DNA from: Candidatus Velthaea sp. | GTDB lineage: Bacteria; Vulcanimicrobiota; Vulcanimicrobiia; Vulcanimicrobiales; Vulcanimicrobiaceae | Assembly (NCBI GenBank): GCA_965214935.1 | Contig: CBDCCS010000016.1 | Location: 128,001-192,000 of the forward strand | Length of the DNA stretch: 64,000 bases | Direction: 5' to 3' | Part shown: positions 28,749 to 37,141 of the stretch, in pieces | Position numbering within the stretch: position 1 is the stretch's first letter | Layout of the letters: each line of letters begins with the position of its first letter | Translations under genes and position numbers: made by a program | The notes under the pieces: generated by a model | The model's input: the letters and a program-made list of their open reading frames with translations, nothing else | Told to the model about the DNA's origin: nothing | The model's database searches: none

Positions 28749-30605
28749 ATGCGAATGGCTGTTCGATCTATTGCTCCCATTCTGATCTTGGTGCTATACG
28801 TGACGCACGCGGCGAGCGAAAGTGCGACGCCGGGTCGCATTGTCGGACGTGTCGATGGTATCGCACGTGACGGCGCGCAGCGATACCTCGAAGGCTGGGC
28901 TTGTCAACAAGGACAAACAAAGCCGATTCGTATCGAAGTGGCAGTCAAAGCGGTACCGTCGTCGCTACTGCGTACCGACGTTGCGGTCGGGCTGGCGAAC
29001 GGTGATGACGAGCCGGCGGTCGACACCGCGTGCAATGTGCCGTCCGGCGGAACACACCGCTTTTCGATCGTGTTACCGCGTTCGCTTCACACTGATGACC
29101 CTTCGCTTCAACTGTACGTCAACGGGAATCGAATCGTCGACGGAGTTCCGAACTCGGAGTTAGCGGGTTCTGGTCAAAAGCTCACCCGATTGCCGGCGCT
29201 CAGCGCTGCACATGCCGATTTGCCACACATCGCGGGAGCATACCGATCGAGTCAACGGCGCCCGCGCGTCTTTTACTCGCCGATGGACATTACCACTATT
29301 GTCGCGCGCATCGATCAGTCCGACGGCTACTCCCGTTCGCGCTTTCGCGATCTTGCAAACCGCGTTGCTCACGATCTTACCGCGTCGATTGATTGGAATG
29401 CCGTCTATGGCGGCTGTCGCGTCAAGACATATCTGTTTGCGTTTTCGTATGAACCGCAAGAGCCGTCATTTCTGATGACGCTACACGCGGATCTGCAACC
29501 GCGGGCCGGCACCCGGCCGTCGGCCGGAGCCGCCGTTGTCGCGGCACGCCTGGCGCTCTACGCCGCGCTTGTACGTGCGGGTGCGGTTCTGCCGGCAGAT
29601 GCGCCGGCTCCGGCGGCAGCGGCCGCGCTCTCCGCTCGAATATTGCTCGCCTGGTCCGATCGCGGCTTCCGCAGCACGACCGGCGGCTACCGGAACTTGT
29701 CGTCATTCAATTGTGACGACATGGGCTCGCGCGATACGACGACGAGTGCCGGCACCGGTTTGCCGTTAGCCCTTGGGCGGGGGATCATCTACAGCGTCGA
29801 TGCCGAGGACTTGCTAGAGTCAATCGATGCGCTTTCGAGGGCCGAACGTGCCCGGCTCGATTCTTTCCATCGGTATGCTTTCGACCTCATTCGTCAATCG
29901 TCGAATGCTTTCGAGGGAACCAACCACGTTGCGTGCGAGCGCTATGCAGACGGTCAAATGAACGCGTTGGCCGCGCTCTTCGCGGTCGCGCGACTCCTTG
30001 ACGACCCGCATGCCCTCGATTCGGTGATGACGGGGCGCGATCCGCGCCGGCCGTTGCTTGTGCCGTTTGATGTCGAGTTCGATCATGCAATTTACGGCGA
30101 TCGCGACCATCCGGCCGAATGCAATGCGAATAGCGGCGCGACCGGCCCAACGAGCCACCCTTCATTTCAAACAGTTACAGTCGATTCCGGCGAGATCATC
30201 GACCGGTATCGAAATGCCACGCCGCTTCAAGGCATGGGCTATCCGATGTTCACGTTGCAGCGCTTGATTGACATCGCGGAGCTACTGCGCGCCTCAGGTT
30301 TCGATCCGTACGGCTATCACGGACAGCATGGCCAGTCAATTACAAAGGCGCTCGACTTTTACGCATGCTATGGGCAGCAGCCTGGATTTAGTGCCGTCGT
30401 GACGCACACGAATGCGTCGGCATGCGGCAACGTCGCACAATACGAAGGCAAAATCGTTGACGGCGTCGACCAAATGTCGCTCTTCGGCACGTTTCGATTC
30501 CCGAATGACGAGGCCCTGACACGTGTCGAGCAGCGTGCGCGGACGGCATCCGCAACGAGCGCCTTCGCTCTCGATCCAATCCTATTCGGCCGTTGGCGAA
30601 ATTAA
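28749..30605 (+). CDS. Secreted protein with putative alginate-lyase-like helical domain
   Basis: Signal peptide, N-terminal beta-domain (GRVDGI...LEGWAC), C-terminal GYPMFTLQRLIDIAE..GFDPYGY..GQSITKALDFY resembling alginate-lyase-family helices (recognised by eye). Start uncertain. Confidence 0.6.
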   Translation: MRMAVRSIAPILILVLYVTHAASESATPGRIVGRVDGIARDGAQRYLEGWACQQGQTKPIRIEVAVKAVPSSLLRTDVAVGLANGDDEPAVDTACNVPSGGTHRFSIVLPRSLHTDDPSLQLYVNGNRIVDGVPNSELAGSGQKLTRLPALSAAHADLPHIAGAYRSSQRRPRVFYSPMDITTIVARIDQSDGYSRSRFRDLANRVAHDLTASIDWNAVYGGCRVKTYLFAFSYEPQEPSFLMTLHADLQPRAGTRPSAGAAVVAARLALYAALVRAGAVLPADAPAPAAAAALSARILLAWSDRGFRSTTGGYRNLSSFNCDDMGSRDTTTSAGTGLPLALGRGIIYSVDAEDLLESIDALSRAERARLDSFHRYAFDLIRQSSNAFEGTNHVACERYADGQMNALAALFAVARLLDDPHALDSVMTGRDPRRPLLVPFDVEFDHAIYGDRDHPAECNANSGATGPTSHPSFQTVTVDSGEIIDRYRNATPLQGMGYPMFTLQRLIDIAELLRASGFDPYGYHGQHGQSITKALDFYACYGQQPGFSAVVTHTNASACGNVAQYEGKIVDGVDQMSLFGTFRFPNDEALTRVEQRARTASATSAFALDPILFGRWRN

Positions 30606-30705
30606 CGGGGCGGCGAGCCGCACCCATCGGGCAATGAAACGGGCGCGTTTCTGAGGCTTGGTAGCCTCGTGCGGTCAAAAGACGACACGCTGATATAGTG
30701 GGTTG

Positions 30706-31350
30706 CTAAGCCTTTTGCCGCGTTTCGAGCAGCCAATCGCGCCAAGCATGAGCGATATCGGACGGACTCATTGCACTGCGCATTTCGAGAAAGCGGCCAA
30801 GATGCTGGATAGGCAAGTTCGGAATGGCCAGACTGACGTCGATCGCTTCATAACGGCCATCAGCGAGCTGAACCGCTTGCAGTACGGAGCCGTCATATCG
30901 CCAAAACTCCGCGATACCGATGGCGGAGTAAATGAGCTGCTTGCTGATCCGCGATCGAGAAAGATCGATTTCGATGACTAAATCAGGCGGTGGATCGATC
31001 GACAGATCGAGATTTCGTTTACCGATGAAGCTCGCAGCGCGAGAAATATAGAAACTTGAATCCGGTTCCGCGCCATACTGCGTCCTGAGCGTTGTTGAGC
31101 CGGCGCTTTCAATCTCGATCCGCCACTCGAGAGCAATCGTGCCGATCAGTCGCTCGAGCAGCCGATTACAACGCTCGTGATCCGAACAGGGCGATATCAG
31201 CTCTAACTTTTTCCGTCATAGGCAAAGCGCGTAGCGGCCGCATCGCCGACCTCGCGCAGGCACGAAGGATTCGACGAAGGTAACTTCACTCACTTTCAAG
31301 GAACCGGCGCCGATCGTGCCGCGCATCATTGCTCGTTCGTCAAGGCGCAT
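30706..31350 (-). pseudogene. Uma2/DUF820 family putative endonuclease, frameshifted near the 5' end
   Basis: Manual translation: LREVGDAAATRFAYDG / frameshift in A5 run (31208-31212) / KLELISPCSDHERCNRLL...GSTTL...AEPDSSFY...PPPDLVIEIDLS..SKQLIYSAIGIAEFWRYDG...stop at 30706. Missing from the ORF track. Confidence 0.8.
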
Positions 31351-31426
31351 CGCCGCGATCCGTTGCCGAATGTTCGGATGGAAGCCTCATTTACCACCGT
31401 TTACGGCCGGACGCCTCAGCAAATGA

Positions 31427-32260
31427 ATGTCGTCCGTCGATCCGTTTCGCGCGCCCGCTATAGATGGAAAGACGGTGGGCGCTAAGTCGATGCGGCCGCC
31501 GTTGCAGCGGATCTCATTAGTGCGCGAGCGTGTTACGGATTGGACAGCGTATCCGTTCGCGGTACCGGCGATTGCGGCGTTCGAGCGTCTCGATTTGACG
31601 AGTCGCGTTCTGTTTTTTGTCGGCGAGAACGGGACCGGTAAATCGACGTTACTTGAAGCAATCGCTCTTGCGTGTGGATTCGGCCGGGAAGGCGGTACGC
31701 GCAATTTCACGTTCTCGACCCAGAGTGAACCGGGCGGCAACCTCAACGCTGCCGAGGCAGCGAGCGACAAGCTCGCCGACGCGCTGCGCTTGTCGTGGAC
31801 GACGAAGCGTCAGCGCGACGGCTTCTTCTTGCGCGCTGAAAGCTTTTACAATGTTGCGACATACCTCGAGCGAAACGACCTGCTTACCTCTTACGGTCAC
31901 ACGTCGTTCCATCACTATTCGCACGGTGAAGCTTTTCTCAAACTCCTCATGAGCCGCTTTTCCGGGCAAGGTCTGTATCTCATCGATGAACCGGAAGCGG
32001 CTCTTTCGGCAGCGCGTCAACTTGCGCTGCTCGTAAGAATGCGAACGTTACTCGAGTGCGACGAGCAAACGCAGTTCATCATCGCGACTCACTCGCCGCT
32101 CATCCTCGCGTATCCCGGTGCGCAGTTACTAACATTCGATCGCGGTGAAATCCAGCCCGTCACATACCGCGACACCGATGCGTTCGTCATCACCCGGCGT
32201 TTTCTGGCGGACCCGGAGCGCGCATTTCGGGAGCTCTTCACGCCGGAAGCCGACGCCTAA
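31427..32260 (+). CDS. Predicted ATPase, ABC/AAA-type (COG3910-like)
   Basis: YPFAVP, GENGTGKSTLLEAIA, FFLRAES, SHGE, DEPEAALS, IIATHSP. Confidence 0.88.
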   Translation: MSSVDPFRAPAIDGKTVGAKSMRPPLQRISLVRERVTDWTAYPFAVPAIAAFERLDLTSRVLFFVGENGTGKSTLLEAIALACGFGREGGTRNFTFSTQSEPGGNLNAAEAASDKLADALRLSWTTKRQRDGFFLRAESFYNVATYLERNDLLTSYGHTSFHHYSHGEAFLKLLMSRFSGQGLYLIDEPEAALSAARQLALLVRMRTLLECDEQTQFIIATHSPLILAYPGAQLLTFDRGEIQPVTYRDTDAFVITRRFLADPERAFRELFTPEADA

Positions 32261-32916
32261 AACAACCGGTCTTGTATCGCCGTTTGTTCGACGACCGGCA
32301 CGGGCTCATCGAGTTTCGCGCGGACGAGCTTGAGATCGACGTAGACCAGGCGTTTCATGGCGTTGAGTTCGCCGCCGGTCTGGCGCAGGATGTACGCCGG
32401 GTGGAACGTGGCAATCGTCGGAATGCCGCTCGGGCCGTCAAACCACTGGCCGCGCTGCTTAGTAATCGAGAACTTCTCGCCCATAAACGATTTTGCTGCG
32501 GGCGCACCCAGCGCAAGCAAAACGCGCGGGCGAACGATTTCAATTTGCAAGTCGAGATACGGGCGGCAATTCTTCATTTCTTGCGGATCGGGCGCGCGAT
32601 TGCGCAAGCGTTTGCCGTCATCGAAGGTTGGCCGGCATTTTACCGTATTGCAAATGAAGACGTCCTCGCGCGGCAAATCGATTGCCGCGAGCATCTTTTC
32701 GAGCAATTCGCCGGCGCGGCCGACGAAGGGACGCCCGAGCCGGTCTTCGTTTTCGCCCGGTCCCTCGCCGACGACCATGAGTGCCGCGCACGGATCGCCT
32801 TCGCCGTAAACACTATGCGTACGCGTCGAGCCGATGCCGCATTTTCGGCATGCTTCAACGACGGCAGCGCCTTCCTGTATTGCCCGTGCGCGCAGTCCGC
32901 GTTCGATCAAACTCAT
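32257..32916 (-). CDS. Uracil-DNA glycosylase family 4 (Fe-S)
   Basis: CRKC, GEGPG..ED..GRPFVG, NTVKCRP, TFHPAYILR. Confidence 0.92.
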   Translation of the reverse strand: MSLIERGLRARAIQEGAAVVEACRKCGIGSTRTHSVYGEGDPCAALMVVGEGPGENEDRLGRPFVGRAGELLEKMLAAIDLPREDVFICNTVKCRPTFDDGKRLRNRAPDPQEMKNCRPYLDLQIEIVRPRVLLALGAPAAKSFMGEKFSITKQRGQWFDGPSGIPTIATFHPAYILRQTGGELNAMKRLVYVDLKLVRAKLDEPVPVVEQTAIQDRLF

Positions 32917-33254
32917 CGTGGCGGCGGCTCCAGCAGCACGGCTTCGCCGAACGCGAGCACACGCGTCGAACCGTCGGCCGCCTCTGAAGCTTGAAATTGC
33001 AAACGGACGATGCCGTTGGCGCCGAGGCCCTCGGCCTTCGCTAACAAGGCGACGAGCGACTCGGAGCGCGCGCGTTCCGCTTCGGTAAGATATTCCATCG
33101 TTGCGAGACCCATGAACGCACCAATGCTGCGAAACGTCGCGCGCAAAACGTTACGCGGGCGACTCGCATGACCGTAAGCAAAGCCGAAGGAGCGTACGAC
33201 GCGAAAGCCGTCGACGCGGTCGAACGTAACGACCGCTTCGGGCGCGATCGGCAT
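32913..33254 (-). CDS. YbjQ/UPF0145 family (heavy-metal-binding domain) protein
   Basis: AE.LGANGIV.L, VLAFGEAV. Coupled to neighbours. Confidence 0.75.
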   Translation of the reverse strand: MPIAPEAVVTFDRVDGFRVVRSFGFAYGHASRPRNVLRATFRSIGAFMGLATMEYLTEAERARSESLVALLAKAEGLGANGIVRLQFQASEAADGSTRVLAFGEAVLLEPPPR

Positions 33255-34171
33255 CAGCTGCGCAGCGCGCGACGGATCGCGCTAACGCCGCCGGCGGCAA
33301 CGGCCAGATACAGAACGTAACGCCCGACGAGAGCAGCATTGAGCGCATAGAACCACCAGCGGCCGTGGTGCTTGATCCAATATCTACGTCGTGACCGCTG
33401 CTTGCGTTCTTCGACGCTATACTGACCTTTTGCACTGCCCTGGCCCTCATGCACCGCAACGCTGCCCGGTACGAACCACGTTTCCCAACCCGCGTCCGCG
33501 GCGCGTTTGGCAAAGTCGACTTCTTCATGATAGAGAAAATAGCGTTCGTCGAAGTCGCCGATTTGCGCGATGAGACTGCGCCGGATCGCAAGTGCCGCGC
33601 CGATCGCAAGATCGATCCGCCGCTCCGTGTCGGCGCGCCAGCCGCGCAGCGATGCACCGTTGGCATAACGCGCAAATATCGGCCACTCACCCCACGCGCT
33701 CGAACGCAGAAACGCCCCGGCCCAGGTGTCGAACTCCCCAACCGACTGTTGCACCGACCCGTCGTAGTTGAGAATCCGCGATCCGGCAATCCCGCAACGC
33801 GGGTGCGCATCGAGAAAGGCGATCATCGTCGCCAAAGCGCCGGCACGCAACTCGGCATCCGGATTGAGCAAGAACACGTACTCTGCCGACGTCGCCGCAA
33901 ATGCCCGATTGCACGCACCGGCAAAGCCGAGATTTTGCCCGTTTTCAACGATGCGGATGCGACCGTCGTAACGCGCGCGCAAGAATTCGCGACTGCCGTC
34001 GGTAGAGCCGTTATCCGAGACGACGACCTGAATCAATTCCGGTTGCGCGGCGACTTCGGGTAGCGCAAAAACCGAATCGAGCGCGGTGGTAATCTTATCA
34101 CGATCGTTCCAACATACGACGACGACATCCATGCGTGTTTGCGCGGCTGCCTCGGCGGGGCGATCGACCAT
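33254..34171 (-). CDS. Glycosyltransferase family 2 (WbbL-like)
   Basis: DNGSTDGS, NLGFAGACN, LLNPD, FDERYFLYHEEVD. Confidence 0.9.
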   Translation of the reverse strand: MVDRPAEAAAQTRMDVVVVCWNDRDKITTALDSVFALPEVAAQPELIQVVVSDNGSTDGSREFLRARYDGRIRIVENGQNLGFAGACNRAFAATSAEYVFLLNPDAELRAGALATMIAFLDAHPRCGIAGSRILNYDGSVQQSVGEFDTWAGAFLRSSAWGEWPIFARYANGASLRGWRADTERRIDLAIGAALAIRRSLIAQIGDFDERYFLYHEEVDFAKRAADAGWETWFVPGSVAVHEGQGSAKGQYSVEERKQRSRRRYWIKHHGRWWFYALNAALVGRYVLYLAVAAGGVSAIRRALRS

Positions 34172-35284
34172 TACGCCGCACCGCTAAATTCGTCACGCCG
34201 TTGTAAATACGGCCACATGAACCCGTCGATATCACCGTCGAGTACCGCCGTGACGTTGCCCGTTTCGACGTTCGTCCGATGATCTTTCACGAGCTGATAC
34301 GGGTTGAGCACGTAGGAACGAATTTGCGAACCCCACTCGTTCGCTTTGCGTTCGCCGCGCAGTTCTGCGAGCTTCGCTTCGCGTTCTTCGCGTTCGCGCG
34401 CAATGAGTTTCGCCCGTAAAATCGTCATGGCAACGTCGCGGTTTTGCATCTGCGACCGCTCTTGTTGCGAGGCGACGATCGTGTTGGTCGGAACGTGAAT
34501 GATACGAATCGCCGATTCGGTTTTATTTACGTATTGGCCGCCGGCGCCACCGGCTTTGAACGTTTCGATGCGCAGATCTTCGGGCCGAATCTCGATATCG
34601 TCGGCATCGCCCGCTTCAATTTCCGGGACGACATCAACCTGCGCAAATGACGTTTGGCGACGGTGTGCTTGATCGAACGGCGAAATGCGGACGAGCCGAT
34701 GCACGCCGCGTTCACTTTCGAGCATTCCGTACGCGTTGCGCCCGCGCAAGAAAAACGTGATCGATCGCAAGCCGGCTTCTTCACCCGCGGCTTCCTCAGC
34801 AACTTGGGTCGTTAAGCCGTCACGTTCGGCCCACTTTGCGTACATTCGCGCGAGCATTGCGACCCAATCGGCTGCATCGGTACCGCCCGCGCCCGCGCGA
34901 ATCGTGACGATCGCTCCGTGCGCATCGTATGGACGGTCGAAATTCGCCGCCATTTCGAGCGTATCGAGGTCGGCTTGCGCGCGCGCGATCATCGCATCGA
35001 CGTCAACTTCAACGCCCGGTTCATCGCCCAGTACCTCGAGCATCTCGAGCGCTTCACGCAGCGAGCGCTCGACGCCGTCGATGCGGTCGACCTCATCGCG
35101 GAGGTCGGAAACCTGCTTCATTACGGCTTGCGCGTTTGTCGCATCGTTCCAAAAATCGTCGGAACGGGAACGTTCTTCGAGTTCGGCTACTCGCCGTTTC
35201 TTCGCGGCATGGTCAAAGCCGCACCTTGAGCGTTTCCAAACGCTCGCCGGCTTTTCCAATGACCGCAACTTGGGCTTCACTCAT
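34171..35284 (-). CDS. prfB: Peptide chain release factor 2 with programmed +1 frameshift
   Basis: The ATG at 35284 gives MSEAQ...LKVRL-stop. The site AAGGTG CGG CTT TGA C (TGA 35215-35213) continues in the +1 frame as DHAAKK... with SPF and GGQ motifs. Confidence 0.95.
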
Positions 35285-35379
35285 GAGCGCGACGTTTCTG
35301 GCGCCCGATTTGGTGTGCCTCCCACCGCGCCAAGGCTCGTCACGTGCCCTTAGCTTGGCGGCAATGACGCCAATGCGAC

Positions 35380-35587
35380 CGTGGTCGCTCGGACGACGCA
35401 GACTTCATGTTACGGCGTGGCGACGGCGATCAAACAGCGGTCGCCGGCGGGACGCCCGTAGCGATCGTTGTTAAGACTTGAAGCAATCGATGTCGAGCAT
35501 CAGCAGCGAAAGATCGGCGGGAGACCGCTGCACGCGGCGAAGCTCGTGTTCCAACAGTTCGTCGAATCGGCGCCTTCGAGCAATTCC
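35380..35587 (-). pseudogene. Decayed GGDEF-domain fragment
   Basis: Across frameshifts reads GIARRRRFDELLEHE / ADLSLLMLDIDCFKS / NDRYGRPAGDRCLIAVA / LRRPSD, collinear with the adjacent intact GGDEF domain. Confidence 0.75.
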
Positions 35588-35612
35588 ACTCGGCGGCCGG
35601 GCTGAGTTTCAC

Positions 35613-36830
35613 TTACAAAGCCGCGCCTTTTCGGGCATCGGAGCGTTCGAGCCGATAGTCGACCATCGGGGCAATGCGCACGCAGTTCCGGCCCGCCGCC
35701 TTCGCGGCGTAGAGCGCATCATCGGCAGCACGGATGAAATCCTCCGGACGCCGGTGTCGCTCGGCCGTAAACTCGGCAACACCCACGCTGACGGAAACGA
35801 CGGCCACCGGGCCTGCGGCATTCACGATCTGCAAATCTTCGATCGCCGCTCGGATATTGTGTGCCAGCACGGCGGCACCGTACGCGTCGGTACCGGGCAA
35901 AATAGCGACGAACTCTTCGCCGCCGTAGCGCGCAACGAGATCGGCCGGCCGCAGGATGGTTGCGGCAAACGCCTGCGCGACACGCTGCAAGCAGTCATCT
36001 CCCGCTTGATGGCCATACAGATCGTTAAAGCCTTTGAACGAATCGATGTCGAGCAACAAGATCGCGAGATCCGTCCCGTCCCGTTGTGCGCGCGCCGTTT
36101 CCGCGGCCAGCACTTCGTCCAAGCGCCGGCGATTCGCGATTCCGGTAAGAGCATCGGTCGCCGCCATCGTTGCAAGTTTGCCGTTTGCAGCGGCAAGTTC
36201 GTCGTTGACGCTACGAATTGCATCGAGTAACGCGAGATTCTGCTCGTTCATCACCAGAAACCCGACGATACGCTCGTAGAGGCGACTCGAAAGTCGAAAT
36301 GCGGCAAAGCCCTCGAAAATAACGGCCGCCGCAAGAATCTGATAGTAGGGATCGCGCATCGCCAAGGAAGCCAAAAACACCGGACCGATCCCAAGTACGA
36401 TTTGCCCGCGTGCCGCGAGCCGGCACGAGGCGTTACGCGCAGCGCTGCCGATGACGATGGCCGTCTTGACCGACAGCGCCAAAATCTGAAGCACCGGCGG
36501 AGCGTGCATGAGGATGACGAATGCCGTGGCACCGTAAACCGCGCCCATCGTCCAGGCTGCTGCCGTGAAACGGCGCAACCAAACGTCGACCGTCGGGCCT
36601 TCGCCCAGCGGCCGGCGGACAAAGGCGCGATCGAGCGCAACACGGATCGCCAGTACGAGCGCAATCGCAAGTGCCCAAATTACGAACCAGGCTTGATGGG
36701 TTTTCACCCCACCAACGATCGCTACGGCCAGGAGCGCTCCCCCGCCGATGACCATGATGGAAGTCTGCGTGAAGAGCAACGCGGTCAATTGCCAGCGGAC
36801 CGCTTCGCTCGTTGTGTCCGTCGCCTTCAC
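35613..36830 (-). CDS. Membrane-bound diguanylate cyclase
   Basis: N-terminal TMs, DALTGIANRR, DIDSFKGFND.YGHQAGD, RPADLVARYGGEEF (RxxD I-site). Confidence 0.93.
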   Translation of the reverse strand: MKATDTTSEAVRWQLTALLFTQTSIMVIGGGALLAVAIVGGVKTHQAWFVIWALAIALVLAIRVALDRAFVRRPLGEGPTVDVWLRRFTAAAWTMGAVYGATAFVILMHAPPVLQILALSVKTAIVIGSAARNASCRLAARGQIVLGIGPVFLASLAMRDPYYQILAAAVIFEGFAAFRLSSRLYERIVGFLVMNEQNLALLDAIRSVNDELAAANGKLATMAATDALTGIANRRRLDEVLAAETARAQRDGTDLAILLLDIDSFKGFNDLYGHQAGDDCLQRVAQAFAATILRPADLVARYGGEEFVAILPGTDAYGAAVLAHNIRAAIEDLQIVNAAGPVAVVSVSVGVAEFTAERHRRPEDFIRAADDALYAAKAAGRNCVRIAPMVDYRLERSDARKGAAL

Positions 36831-36940
36831 GAGGCTTGCTCGTCACAAGCGCTTCGCGGCACTCTCGGTACCATAGGAACAGTATCGGCAAAAAGCCGCC
36901 TCGTTCCGCAAACCGAGCGGATCGGCGAAACGCCGGCCGC

Positions 36941-37141
36941 CTAGAACGGCAGCAGCGTTTTTTGCCCGCTAAGGAAGAGCGCCACGGACGCGATCAGACC
37001 GCAAACGCCGCCGACCGCCAAGAGAATTCCGGCGCGATCCCGGACCCTGCGTTCGACCGAAGCGCGTAGCGCACGGATGACGCCGCCCGTTAGCGCCGCG
37101 ACGCTGCAGTAAAACACAGCCGCGGCGACCCCTTCGCTCAG
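36941..37141 (-). CDS. Small two-TM membrane protein downstream of secA
   Basis: Two hydrophobic helices. Start ambiguous (CTG in a CTGA overlap with the secA stop, or a nearby GTG). Confidence 0.5.
   Translation of the reverse strand: MSEGVAAAVFYCSVAALTGGVIRALRASVERRVRDRAGILLAVGGVCGLIASVALFLSGQKTLLPF

Noticed and set aside
30703..30981. 92-aa + strand ORF
   Set aside because: Antisense shadow of the Uma2 pseudogene.
31165..31219. ADIALFGSRA, resembling an MNT motif
   Set aside because: Out-of-frame reading of the Uma2 sequence that hits a stop immediately.
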